Origin: Promethearchaeota archaeon Loki_b32
Lineage (GTDB): Archaea > Asgardarchaeota > Lokiarchaeia > Sigyniarchaeales > SOKP01
Reading direction: 5' to 3'
Assembly: GCA_005223125.1 (NCBI GenBank)
Contig: NJBH01000010.1
Coordinates: 50,220-114,219, forward strand
Length of the DNA: 64,000 nucleotides
This document shows, one piece after another, positions 30,166-40,540 of the stretch. Position 1 is the stretch's first letter; each line of letters begins with the position of its first letter. Made by a program: the position numbers and the translations under genes. Under the pieces are notes generated by a model. That model worked only from the letters and a program-made list of their open reading frames with translations. It did not search any database and was not told the origin of the DNA.

Positions 30166-31812
30166 TTAATCAGCTTTGAAAAATAATAACATATCTTTAA
30201 TTTCGTTAGATATTATGAAATTAAGGTTATACTTGGTTTTGAGTAAGTTTTTTATTCCATAAATAGGATGATCTTTATAGAAATTAATATTTTCTTCATA
30301 TTGATTAAAAAAAGTTTCAGGAATTAAAATTCCAAATTTTTTATATGACATATGATAAGATCGGATGTAATTCTCTGCTTTTAGCAAGCAATTTTTATAT
30401 AAATTTTCTTTCATTTCAGTGGAACTGATTGCTTCATGTTGGCCCATTGGAAATGTATCTAAAAGTTCAAGAGGAATAATTCCGAAAAAATTAGAAAGAA
30501 AAACAATATGTATAGATTTACGTGGAATTATTTCAGTTCTATTTATTTCACCTAACCAATTATTTATTGATGGTGAAAATTTTCCTTTAATATCTAATTC
30601 AGGTAATATTATTAAATATTGAGCGTCTAATGGTGGCCGATAATTTGTACTTAATTTTTTAATATATCTGTGAATCAAGGGTCTACTTAAACTTTCGGAA
30701 GAAACAAAAAGCCGGCCACACTTTTTATATAATTTCTCATGGAACTCAAAAAAGTCAAGATTCTTCTTAACAATGTTAAAAGCTTTAACTAAATTCGGAT
30801 GATTTCTAATTCTTTGGTCTACAAGTTCCCAGAGGTTTCCTTCTCTAATAGCCTGGCGAACAGTTTTTAATTCTGAGAAAGATAAATACAAATTATGCTT
30901 TGCTAATAGTTGGGTTTTTAAATCATCCTCAAAAGCCTTAAGCTCATTAGGGGTGTATTTCATGCAAATAGGACAGTGACATGGGAATTCAGTTAATTCT
31001 TCTATATTCTTTGTTCCTGTAGAAAGAGTGAAATACCGGTTTTTCTTAGCATAGAGGATATAGGCTGCGGAATCCATTAGATCACATCCACAAGCGATTG
31101 CTAAAGAGAAAAATTGAGGTAATCCTAGACCAAACATATGAATAGGCTTATTTGGGATAATATTCTTTTTTACTGTTAGCAAAACTTCAAGAGTTAATTC
31201 AAATCTGTAATCAAGAAATGCTTTAACAAGCCCTCCTATTGCGTAGACTGCAAAATCTAAATGACTCATTTCAACTGCGCTTTTTTTTAATAAGTCTTTA
31301 TACTTCCCTCCATGAACAGGTCCAAACCAGTTACAATTTGTATTTCTACGTCTTTCGATATTATCTTTAGCTCTTTTAAGAGTCTCATTTACTTTGAACA
31401 TAGCTTGTTCATACGTATCATCAAGTTGAACTGGTAAATCTAAAATAACCGGGAAATCTGAATCAATTTTTTCTTGGAATGCTTCGATATCAGCAGGATT
31501 AATAACCATTTCTTTATTATTATACATATATTGCTGAAATGCGCCGCTATCAGTTGCTATTAATCCATCAAAGTTCAAAAATTCATGAATACCTTTATTT
31601 AAAACTATTTCCCTTTTACTTCGGTTCTGATAAATAATATAAGCATTTGTAAAAACTGCTTGAGCACCTATCTCTTTTAAATCTACCATAGGTAGCAAAT
31701 TTTTATAAGGATGGATGACAGGAAACATATTTGGTGTGATCATCTCTTTTCCATTAATATTTATCTTACCAATTCTCCCCATTGCATCTACATCTTGTAC
31801 CTCAAAATTCAA
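30166..31812 (-). CDS. tgtA: Archaeosine tRNA-guanine(15) transglycosylase (no obvious PUA domain)
   Basis: TNAYII, TDSGAFQ, HMFGLG, G.DLMDSAAY, C.C..C..HN zinc site, GNLWELV. Confidence 0.93.
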   Translation of the reverse strand: MNFEVQDVDAMGRIGKININGKEMITPNMFPVIHPYKNLLPMVDLKEIGAQAVFTNAYIIYQNRSKREIVLNKGIHEFLNFDGLIATDSGAFQQYMYNNKEMVINPADIEAFQEKIDSDFPVILDLPVQLDDTYEQAMFKVNETLKRAKDNIERRRNTNCNWFGPVHGGKYKDLLKKSAVEMSHLDFAVYAIGGLVKAFLDYRFELTLEVLLTVKKNIIPNKPIHMFGLGLPQFFSLAIACGCDLMDSAAYILYAKKNRYFTLSTGTKNIEELTEFPCHCPICMKYTPNELKAFEDDLKTQLLAKHNLYLSFSELKTVRQAIREGNLWELVDQRIRNHPNLVKAFNIVKKNLDFFEFHEKLYKKCGRLFVSSESLSRPLIHRYIKKLSTNYRPPLDAQYLIILPELDIKGKFSPSINNWLGEINRTEIIPRKSIHIVFLSNFFGIIPLELLDTFPMGQHEAISSTEMKENLYKNCLLKAENYIRSYHMSYKKFGILIPETFFNQYEENINFYKDHPIYGIKNLLKTKYNLNFIISNEIKDMLLFFKAD

Positions 31813-32402
31813 TCGAAAAAATCACCTATTTTATCTTTCTGAAATAATTCTTCTAGCCAATCAATCTTACCTAGTATTAGATCATCATCAATTTTATTTC
31901 CATTAATAATTTTTATAATTTTTTCTGAAATCTCATTAAAAGAAGAAGTACTCGTATCAATTTCATAAATTGGAATGGATAAGCTTTTTTGAAGTAAATA
32001 GTTGGCACAATTTCCTAAGATTTCGCTCTGGACATTTTCAATTATTTTTTCTTTGAGATAACCTCGACTTTCTAATCTTTTCATTAATTCATAGGGTTCG
32101 CATCTTAATAAGATAGTAATGTCAAAATATTCATTAGGGATTATATCAGCAAAATGTCCTTCAATTATAAGAATTGATTCACTTGATTGTTGAAAATTTT
32201 TAATTAATTCGATAATATATTGAATTAATTTATCTGTATCAATGACTTGTGTTTCTCTCTTCTTATCATATTTAGTTATGTATTCATCTGAAAGTGCCAT
32301 TTGGTTTAAAGAGATTACTTGAGCATTATTTATTTCCGATACCATTTTAGAGATTGTAGTCTTTCCAGTTCCCGGCGTCCCAGATATTATAACTATTTTC
32401 AT
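31809..32402 (-). CDS. Adenylate kinase AK6/Fap7 family
   Basis: GTPGTGKTT, IIEGH, RL..RGY..EKI.EN..SEI. Confidence 0.9.
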   Translation of the reverse strand: MKIVIISGTPGTGKTTISKMVSEINNAQVISLNQMALSDEYITKYDKKRETQVIDTDKLIQYIIELIKNFQQSSESILIIEGHFADIIPNEYFDITILLRCEPYELMKRLESRGYLKEKIIENVQSEILGNCANYLLQKSLSIPIYEIDTSTSSFNEISEKIIKIINGNKIDDDLILGKIDWLEELFQKDKIGDFFD

Positions 32403-32480
32403 CTATAATTATTAATAAAGAGATTTGGTTAAAAAATTAATGGAAGTAATGGGAATACAGAAAGATTAAAAAAAAAATAA

Positions 32481-32584
32481 TGGGAAAGGGGGGCTTCGAA
32501 CCCCCGACCTCACGGTTATCAGCCGTGCGCTATACCAGGCTAAGCCACTGAAGAGATGCTTCGAATATAAGAATCCACTCTCCC
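32481..32584 (-). tRNA. tRNA-Ile(GAT) with 30-nt intron at about position 7/8 (32548-32577); alternative 5' end at 32597
   Basis: Anticodon arm CACGG-CTGATAA-CCGTG; T-arm GGGGGTTCGAAGCCCCC; BHB-like helix GGAG/CTTC with AG|T bulges. Confidence 0.8.
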
Positions 32585-32772
32585 AAGCCGCTTTCCCATT
32601 CAAGGATTAGTAGTAAATTCAATAATTCTTTATTTTTTAGAAACTGAAATAGTTACTATCAAAGTATAATTTGATCGAATAATTTAAATAATATATACCT
32701 AAAAAAATTTTTGAGTATTTAAAATAAATAGTTTAAAGGAGCATTTTATAATTAATTAACATAAGAAGAAAA

Positions 32773-33204
32773 ATGCCAAAAATTTTAAATTACTCGATTG
32801 TAGGGCTTGAGGATTACACAATTAGTTTTGAAAGTTATTGTTCTTTATGTGATATTCAACAGTTTTGTAAATACGGGAAAAAGGAACCTTTTTCGATTAA
32901 AATTAGTTGTGGTGATTTAAATAGAGCTAAGGAAAAGGTAAAATTTGACCAGCTTCAAAGATTACAAAAAACTGAAGATGTTTCAGTTCCATACGAGGAA
33001 TTAATTAAAAAAGTGAAAATAAATTTGACAAATATTATTTCTCAAATATGGAAAAGCAAAATTAAAGCGCATAAAGAAGAGATTAGATGTCTAGACACTC
33101 GTAAACTAGATCCAATCTTAGTAAGTCAGCAAGGTCAAGACTGGTGGCCAGACTTTAACGCTACAATGAAAGTTATTAATGAAGAATGTGAAAAAATTTC
33201 TTAG
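32773..33204 (+). CDS. Hypothetical Cys-containing protein
   Basis: CSLC....FC and further cysteines. Confidence 0.65.
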   Translation: MPKILNYSIVGLEDYTISFESYCSLCDIQQFCKYGKKEPFSIKISCGDLNRAKEKVKFDQLQRLQKTEDVSVPYEELIKKVKINLTNIISQIWKSKIKAHKEEIRCLDTRKLDPILVSQQGQDWWPDFNATMKVINEECEKIS

Positions 33205-33258
33205 TACGATTTAAGATTTTGTAGACTTTAAATACGCAATATTAAATTATATTGTGTT

Positions 33259-33891
33259 ATGGTTCTTTTTGGCCTGATTAATAAGAATTTTCTATCAGCA
33301 GAGGATATACTTAATGATATAATTAGAGGGTTGGAAAACTGGTGTATCGCTTTTAATAATTTCTTTCTAATTTTTTGTAAATACCTGAAATACATTTTTG
33401 TTTTTATAATTTTATCTATTGGAATATTAACCTTATTAAGATTAAGGGGTGTGTATCGGCAATCTAGATTAACCAGTTCAGAAAATAAAGAAGATTTATT
33501 TATGAAACCAAGATTAATCCTAGGGTGCTCTTATATTGTTTTAGCATTTGGAATTTTATTTAATTATCTTACCTATTTCTTCATTTGGTTGCTCGATCCA
33601 CTTCCAGATAGGCTAATTTATAATTTCATTTCGTTTAGTGGGATTGATCCTTATTATCTTAATGGAATTATTGATATTAGTATGTCACAATATGCTCATG
33701 AAAAAACGATATATTATTGTTTCTCTTTTGGTTCTTTATTGGCATTATTACAAGTCCTGTTAAGTTTATGGTATCTAATTAATAACAATCGTTTAATTAC
33801 AAATCCAAGTAAAGCTGTAGGATTTTTAATTTCGGGTGTTATGGAAGGAATTCTATTTGGATTCAATACATGTCTTCCATTTTTTCTATGA
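33259..33891 (+). CDS. Membrane protein
   Basis: About four TM helices. Confidence 0.65.
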   Translation: MVLFGLINKNFLSAEDILNDIIRGLENWCIAFNNFFLIFCKYLKYIFVFIILSIGILTLLRLRGVYRQSRLTSSENKEDLFMKPRLILGCSYIVLAFGILFNYLTYFFIWLLDPLPDRLIYNFISFSGIDPYYLNGIIDISMSQYAHEKTIYYCFSFGSLLALLQVLLSLWYLINNNRLITNPSKAVGFLISGVMEGILFGFNTCLPFFL

Positions 33892-34142
33892 TAATAGCAT
33901 TTAAAAAAAATCAAGTTTTATTATCTATATGGTGTCACATCTTGAGCGAAACATTTATATATTATACTTGTTTTTTAATGTTTGCATCAGAAGAATATAT
34001 TAGTCATTTTCAGTCACAAAATATTTACTTAGTATTTGTAACAATATTTTTTTCGACACACGGGTTAATTGTCGCTTAGAAATATTCATTAGTAAGAGAA
34101 TTGGTATATTTATAATTTTAAAAATAATATAGGGTTAGTATT

Positions 34143-35030
34143 ATGGAAGTTGAATCAGATTTAAGTAATTTTTCAAATTTATGCCCAGAATGTGGGGGCA
34201 AGATTATTTTACTTCATGAGAAGGGAGAAACAGTATGTGGGCAGTGTGGTTTAGTAATAAGTGAGCGAATTGTAGATATTTCCCATAGTGGTAAAAGAGC
34301 TTTTACAAAACAAGAAAAAGAAAGTAGAGAAAGAACAGGTTCTCCAATTTCAATATTATTACCTGATATGGGATTAAGTACAATTATTGATAAAGCTAAT
34401 ATTAAAAGCCCCGATTTGAAAAGAGCAGCAAAATGGAATTCTCGGATGACGTGGGACAAACGCAATATGTTAATTGCTACAACCGAATTAAAGAGGATAG
34501 GAAGTAATATGAACCTGCCAAATCATGTGAAAAAAGCAGCTATACGACTATATATAGAAGCTTTCAAAAAGAAATTGCTTCGTGGTCGATCTATTAATGG
34601 AATGGTTGCTGCCTGTTTATATTTTGCCTGTAGAGAAAGAAAAATCCCACGAACGTTACAAGAGATTCTAGACCAAACCTCGATTAGTGCTAAAAATGTT
34701 AGACGCTGTTATAGGACTCTAATAAGAGAATTAAATTTAAAAGCACCTTCAACAGATCCTATTTCTCTTATTCCAAGATTTATAGCAGATTTGGATTTAG
34801 ATGCAGATGCAGAAAATGCAACTATAAAGATTTTACATAGTTTTACTTCAAAATATTCCACAAGTGGGAAAGATCCAAAAGGTCTATGTGCAGGAGCATT
34901 GTACTTAGTTTGTAAAAAGAAAGACAAAAAAATATCACAAAAAGATATCGCAAACCTAGTAGGAGTAACTGAAGTAACTCTTCGCTCAAGATACAAAGAA
35001 CTTGTAAAAATGTTAAATATTATGGTATAA
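34143..35030 (+). CDS. tfb: Transcription initiation factor IIB
   Basis: CPECG/CGQCG ribbon, LLRGRS, PRTL.EI, GKDP.G..A.ALY, VTEVTLR.RY. Confidence 0.95.
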   Translation: MEVESDLSNFSNLCPECGGKIILLHEKGETVCGQCGLVISERIVDISHSGKRAFTKQEKESRERTGSPISILLPDMGLSTIIDKANIKSPDLKRAAKWNSRMTWDKRNMLIATTELKRIGSNMNLPNHVKKAAIRLYIEAFKKKLLRGRSINGMVAACLYFACRERKIPRTLQEILDQTSISAKNVRRCYRTLIRELNLKAPSTDPISLIPRFIADLDLDADAENATIKILHSFTSKYSTSGKDPKGLCAGALYLVCKKKDKKISQKDIANLVGVTEVTLRSRYKELVKMLNIMV

Positions 35031-35051
35031 TTAATAATTTAATTTTTTTTT

Positions 35052-35633
35052 TTAATCTTCTTTTTTTATCATTAATCTGATAAAATCTGGTAATGTTAGT
35101 AAATAACTTTGGGCATTTGGTAATTGATCTTTAATTTTGATAAAGAGTTGAGAATAATTTTCAGCTTTTTCCTTTTGTTTTAGTACATCATTACGTGTTT
35201 GTTCTCTTACCGGTTCAACAGGTATTCCTCTCATTACCGCTCGAGCAGGAATAGTTAATCCCGGGGGAACCTGACTTTGATTTAGAATAAGTGACCCTTC
35301 TCCAATAGAAGCTTCTTCATAAATTAATGAGCCTTCTTTTACTTGAACATAGTCTTCTAAAAAGCATCCTAAAAGTGTAACTCCTGACTCAATAATACAA
35401 TATCTCCCAATATTTATAGAACTCTTTTGTGAACGTGTAAATAAGATAACTCCATCAAAAACGGTGGTAAATTCTCCAATATTTATCGATGAATTTTCTG
35501 CACGAATGATTGATCCCGGCCAAATTATAACATTATCGTTAATGCGAATATCTCCTATTAGAGTTGCCATTGGTGAGACATAACTATTTTGACTTATTTG
35601 TGGTTTCTTACCGTTATATTCCATTATAGGCAT
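35052..35633 (-). CDS. Gamma-carbonic-anhydrase-like left-handed beta-helix protein without histidines
   Basis: P.A.LIGD..I....IWPG.IIRA hexapeptide repeats; G.P...VR; no His in the sequence. Confidence 0.8.
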   Translation of the reverse strand: MPIMEYNGKKPQISQNSYVSPMATLIGDIRINDNVIIWPGSIIRAENSSINIGEFTTVFDGVILFTRSQKSSINIGRYCIIESGVTLLGCFLEDYVQVKEGSLIYEEASIGEGSLILNQSQVPPGLTIPARAVMRGIPVEPVREQTRNDVLKQKEKAENYSQLFIKIKDQLPNAQSYLLTLPDFIRLMIKKED

Positions 35634-35729
35634 ATTAATCTCACTTGTTTTTTTTATAAAAAGTAATTAAAATTATTGTTTTCTTAATTCAAATTATATC
35701 TGAAAAAATTTAAACTTTTATTAACCTAC

Positions 35730-36545
35730 TTAGATGTAAGTTTTTAAAGGATTCTTGGATTCAAATAATATGAAGTCAACGTCAGAAAACTCTAAACTCA
35801 AGAGATTACATAATTGTTTCACCGCTAGTATTTCATTCTTATAACGAGATATTTCTATTAAATTGAATCCTATATCTCTAGCAAAAACGGCATCAAAATA
35901 ATTAATTTTTCCTGAAATATAACAATCACACATTATCTTCAAGGCTTTCTTAATATAATTTGTTTTTGATATGTCTCCACCAATAACACATATTTTTTTT
36001 ATTGGTTTTTTTAGATCTCCAACATATGGAACGTGTGTTAAACCTAAATTTGTTTTTATCCGGTTTATTAAATCTTCTAATGTGAAGGGTTGTTTCTTAT
36101 TTAAGTATTTTATTGGAGAGCATATTCTTCCAATGGGTATTTTTTTTCCTTCTTTATTTTTTATATCAAATGTGGTTTCTATTTTTAAATATAAAGCATT
36201 TACAATTGTATCTGAAATGCCTCCTTCTGCTGCTATAAAGGAGGAATTTAATACAAATATAGAAATTGGATATTTAGAGAGCAAGAATAACTTATTTATT
36301 ATGTTTTGATCAAATTTTTTTATTGGTTTGTTAATTAAACTGTGATTTGATATTATTAAATTGACTTTATGTTTTAATCCAAAATGTATTGCTTCCAAAC
36401 TTAAGTCTAATGTTAACATTACTTTTTTGATTAATTTATTATTCCCACTCTTGTCATAATACAATCCATATGTCTCGGAATTTATTCTAAATTCTCTAGG
36501 AGATAATTTATTTGTTAATATCGCTGTTAATTCTTGAAGTAACAT
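35730..36545 (-). CDS. Nif3/YbgI (DUF34)-like protein with degenerate metal site
   Basis: KKVMLTLD, LIISNH, IGRI, KKICVIGG, CDCYISG. Confidence 0.8.
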   Translation of the reverse strand: MLLQELTAILTNKLSPREFRINSETYGLYYDKSGNNKLIKKVMLTLDLSLEAIHFGLKHKVNLIISNHSLINKPIKKFDQNIINKLFLLSKYPISIFVLNSSFIAAEGGISDTIVNALYLKIETTFDIKNKEGKKIPIGRICSPIKYLNKKQPFTLEDLINRIKTNLGLTHVPYVGDLKKPIKKICVIGGDISKTNYIKKALKIMCDCYISGKINYFDAVFARDIGFNLIEISRYKNEILAVKQLCNLLSLEFSDVDFILFESKNPLKTYI

Positions 36546-36686
36546 TTCAATATCTCCATAAAAGCACTAATATGAAAAATTAGTCTAGTTTAATATGATA
36601 AAACTGAGTAAAGATTTTTTAATTTGAAATTAAAATATTTATATTAAATCTACTAATATCTTTAAATCAAAACGGGTCTAAAACAT

Positions 36687-37100
36687 ATGAAAGAAAAAGA
36701 TTGTATTTTTTGTAAATTAACTGAAAGAGAGATTCCTTCTCAAATTATTTTTGAAAATGAGTTAGACATTGCTTTTTTAGATATTTTTCCCATTTCTGAG
36801 GGACATACTATAGTCATACCAAAAAAACATTATTCAAATTTAGAATATATACCTGATTATGAACTTACTGAATTGTTTAAAGTTGTAAAGAAATTGGCTA
36901 TAATGATACATAAAAAATTAAAAATTGATGGATATAATATACTTCAAAATAATTTTACTGCTGCTGGACAGGTCATAAACCATTTTCATGTTCATATAAT
37001 TCCAAGAAACTTCGATGATGAAAAATTTCGTATAAAAATACCAGGAAATCAATCTTCTGAAGAAGAACTCAATAAAATCTACAGAATCTTAAAATCTTAA
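36687..37100 (+). CDS. HIT family nucleotide hydrolase
   Basis: CIFC, GHT.VIPK.H, AGQ...HFHVHIIPR. Confidence 0.95.
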   Translation: MKEKDCIFCKLTEREIPSQIIFENELDIAFLDIFPISEGHTIVIPKKHYSNLEYIPDYELTELFKVVKKLAIMIHKKLKIDGYNILQNNFTAAGQVINHFHVHIIPRNFDDEKFRIKIPGNQSSEEELNKIYRILKS

Positions 37101-37172
37101 AATATTGCCAAAATTTTAAGTTCGTTTAATAAACGTTTAGTTTAAAAAGAAAATTTGAGAACTATAATCGAG

Positions 37173-37373
37173 ATGAGTTTTAAAAGTTTTATTAAAAAGT
37201 TTCGATCGAAGACAAAGGAATTCTTCAGAGATGAATATGGTGGTAATCTTGTTGAATATGCCCTATTAATTGGATTTGCTTTATTTGTTTTTTTTATTAT
37301 TATTAGTGTTGTTACTTCAATGTTGGATTGGACAGTAGGGTTATCAGATGATTTTCTTGAATTATTCAAGTGA
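37173..37373 (+). CDS. Flp/Fap-like type IV pilin
   Basis: Basic leader, FFRDEYG|GNLVEYALL (E+5, Y+6), hydrophobic helix, short mature chain. Confidence 0.75.
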   Translation: MSFKSFIKKFRSKTKEFFRDEYGGNLVEYALLIGFALFVFFIIISVVTSMLDWTVGLSDDFLELFK

Positions 37374-37408
37374 TCTTATAAAAAACGTTAAAATAATAAA
37401 GCTAAATT

Positions 37409-37780
37409 TTACTTATTTTTAATGATTTTATTATCAACAAACATAAAATCATATTTTTCACCCCATTCATCAAGACGATTTATTACAAATTCATTATCTA
37501 GTTTTAAATGCTCCACAAAAATGTTAAATGGTATCCTATCTGATCTTTTCAAATATTTTCTTATTCTAGTATCAAGATCAGATTTTTCAGGTGGTTTTTC
37601 TTTTCTTTTCCTAGCTCGTAACTTCTTGAGGAGAGGATCATTTTTACTGTCGTTAAAAAAATATTCTACTATATTACTGATTACTTGAGCTTTTGTAGCC
37701 CCAAAAACATCTACTAATTCATCTATTAAACTCATATAGCTTTTATTAAGAGTAACTGTCGTTCTTGTAGTATCAGTCAT
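37409..37780 (-). CDS. Ribbon-helix-helix domain protein
   Basis: RTTVTL..SY..LIDELV.VFG.TKAQVI..IV. Confidence 0.7.
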   Translation of the reverse strand: MTDTTRTTVTLNKSYMSLIDELVDVFGATKAQVISNIVEYFFNDSKNDPLLKKLRARKRKEKPPEKSDLDTRIRKYLKRSDRIPFNIFVEHLKLDNEFVINRLDEWGEKYDFMFVDNKIIKNK

Positions 37781-37988
37781 ATTATGGGTGAAAAAGTAAT
37801 TCTATAATATTTATAAAAAAATTTCCATTTTTAAACTTTATGCTGATTGATGTTAATAATGCATAAATAAGCATCATTTATATATAACTTGAATTTATTA
37901 GATCATAAGAATAAAATTTTTCACTATAGGAATTAAAAAGTCGAAAAATTGTCGTGTTTAAATGTAATTAAGTGTGGAGGAATAAAAT

Positions 37989-38243
37989 ATGGCAAATAAA
38001 TCAACAACTGAAAATTATCCTGGCCAAAAAGAATATTTATCACCAATTCAATTTAATTTAATTAAAGCATTAAAAGAAGTTGGTCCATTAACTCGGAGAG
38101 ATTTGGTGAAGGAACTAAGGACTCCAAGAACGACCATATATGACAACCTAATGAAACTCCAAAAAAGAAAATTAATCGAAAAATTTTCTCGTAATAATGG
38201 AAAAAGAGGACGACCCGTTGTTTTATGGAAATTTAAATCTTAA
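37989..38243 (+). CDS. Winged-HTH (TrmB-like) transcription regulator
   Basis: GPLTRRDLV..L..PRTTIYD.L.KL; RGRP..LW wing. Confidence 0.8.
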   Translation: MANKSTTENYPGQKEYLSPIQFNLIKALKEVGPLTRRDLVKELRTPRTTIYDNLMKLQKRKLIEKFSRNNGKRGRPVVLWKFKS

Positions 38244-38568
38244 ACCATTTTTTTAATTTTTTATCTTTAAGTTATTAACAAAATCAAACAGTTAATAAAT
38301 TTTTAATAATAATATATACTCTTAAATTTCCATTGCAAATTTTATTTTAGAATAATATACTTTAATATATTCTTATAAATTTTAGAATAGGGCCCAATAA
38401 ATAATAATTAGAATATATATAAATAATTCTATTTACATTTTAATAAACGTTATTTTACAAATTAAATTTATAATCGCGAAATCATAATTACTCCAATCGA
38501 AATTAAGGAGTCTAAAAAATATTTTAATCATTATAAAATAATTTTACCTAATTTTGAAAACAAAATTA

Positions 38569-40401
38569 TTATTTTGGAATATAATAGTACTCATTTATTC
38601 TTTTTTGGTATATGTCTTTATTACTTCCCAATTTATTTACTCGTGGTCTCTTAGTAGCTGTATCTCTTCTAAATGTTATTTCCATCATTTTAAGAAACAA
38701 ATTAAAACCATCCCTTAAATTTTGAGGAGGTATAGCCTTACCTTTTAGACCAGGAATTCCTTCAAAAACTAATATTGAATCAGCAATGAAATCTTGTGTT
38801 ATAATATCATGTTCAACTACAAAACTGGCTTTCTTTAACTCTTCAATAGATTTTCTTATTAATTGAGCAACTTGTAACCTCATTTCAACGTCTAGAAATG
38901 CTGAAGGCTCATCTAATAAATATAAATCGGCTTCTTTTGAAAGACATCTAGCTATTGCGACTCTTTGTAATTCTCCACCACTTAATTCAGAAATTTTTCT
39001 TTCTCTTATATGCTCTAGATTTAAATTATTAATAAGTCTTTTTTTGTATGATTGACTCAAATGGGGGGCTAATTTTATTTGCGTTATGAGATCAGATACT
39101 AATCCTTCCTCCTCAATTTTAATATATTGAGCTTTTACAGACACATTTAATTTTCGAGTATTTTCACTATCAGTTTCGTTATTCTCAACATTGAAGTTAG
39201 GAGATTCAGTTTTTAATTTTTCTGAGATGGAATTTATAAATGTAGTTTTTCCGATTCCATTTGGTCCAAAAATTCCAATAATCTCACCAGCATGAATTTC
39301 ACTCCCAGACGCAGTTAATTTAAAGTTTCCAAAAGAAACTTCGATATCATCATAAGAAAATACCACATCTCCAGAATCAAATGGTGAATTTTGGGGCGGA
39401 TGTTCATGAAATGTTATAGGAACCTCCCTAAATCTTACGTTTTCATCCTTAATATATCCGTTTAAATAGATATTTATCCCAACTCTAACACCTTGAGGAT
39501 GAGATACTATACCATAAACACTAGGCTGTCCATATAAAATCGATACATAATCACTTAAATAATCTAAAATCGCTAAATCATGTTCAACTACTATAATTGT
39601 TTTATTCTTCTCTGATAACGTCCGAATTAATTTTGCCATATTGATTCTCTCGCTTACATCCAAGTATGAACTTGGTTCATCAAATAGATATACATCTCCG
39701 TCTTTAAGATAAGCAGCAGCAATAGCAACTCTCTGCAACTCACCACCAGATAATACTGAAATTTCTCTTTCTAATATTTTCGTAAGATTTAATTCCGCAG
39801 AAATATGATCTAACTGGTCTATGGCATCATTTTTACTTAAAAGATCAATTACTTTTCCCGATACAAATTTTGGGATTATAGCAATATTTTGAGGTTTATG
39901 AACTATCTTAGATTTGTTTTCATTAAGATCAATAAAATATTGATGTAGCTCAGAACCTTTATAGTGCTTAATTATTTCTTTCCAATTTGGTGTAGCTTCT
40001 TCAAATCTGCCAAAATTTATTTTTAATTCATTTGAAAGTAATTTTAATAATGTACTCTTTCCAATTCCATTTGGCCCAATTAACCCAAGAACTTTTCCTT
40101 TTTTAGGGATTGCCATTCGAAATAATGAAAACTGATCTTTACCATAGCGATATGAAATTTGATTTTCTAAAGGATCAGGTAAATTTACAATACTAATTGC
40201 ATTAAAAGGACATTTTTTAATACATATCCCTTCTCCAGAACATAAATTTTCAGTAATTATTACAAATTTATCATCAGGACTTAAAACTATGGTTTTATCA
40301 CCCGTTCTCACTCTTGGGCAATACTTTATACATGGTTTTTCTCCAAATGGACTACATTTATCTGGTTTACAAAAATCCCTATTTAAAACAGCAATCCTCA
40401 T
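38569..40401 (-). CDS. rli: Ribosome recycling ATPase ABCE1/RLI
   Basis: N-terminal Fe-S cysteines, two GPNGIGK(S/T) and LSGGELQR motifs, TFRRD....RPR.NK. Confidence 0.96.
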   Translation of the reverse strand: MRIAVLNRDFCKPDKCSPFGEKPCIKYCPRVRTGDKTIVLSPDDKFVIITENLCSGEGICIKKCPFNAISIVNLPDPLENQISYRYGKDQFSLFRMAIPKKGKVLGLIGPNGIGKSTLLKLLSNELKINFGRFEEATPNWKEIIKHYKGSELHQYFIDLNENKSKIVHKPQNIAIIPKFVSGKVIDLLSKNDAIDQLDHISAELNLTKILEREISVLSGGELQRVAIAAAYLKDGDVYLFDEPSSYLDVSERINMAKLIRTLSEKNKTIIVVEHDLAILDYLSDYVSILYGQPSVYGIVSHPQGVRVGINIYLNGYIKDENVRFREVPITFHEHPPQNSPFDSGDVVFSYDDIEVSFGNFKLTASGSEIHAGEIIGIFGPNGIGKTTFINSISEKLKTESPNFNVENNETDSENTRKLNVSVKAQYIKIEEEGLVSDLITQIKLAPHLSQSYKKRLINNLNLEHIRERKISELSGGELQRVAIARCLSKEADLYLLDEPSAFLDVEMRLQVAQLIRKSIEELKKASFVVEHDIITQDFIADSILVFEGIPGLKGKAIPPQNLRDGFNLFLKMMEITFRRDTATKRPRVNKLGSNKDIYQKRINEYYYIPK

Positions 40402-40540
40402 AATTTAGCTCACTATCATCTAAAAAAAAATATGAAAAATATAATTTGCTTACGTTAAATATACTATTATACATAATAGAAAAATTTTTGTAATACAGAA
40501 TATTACCCCATTAAAGAAAATTCTATGGAGTGAAGAGAAT

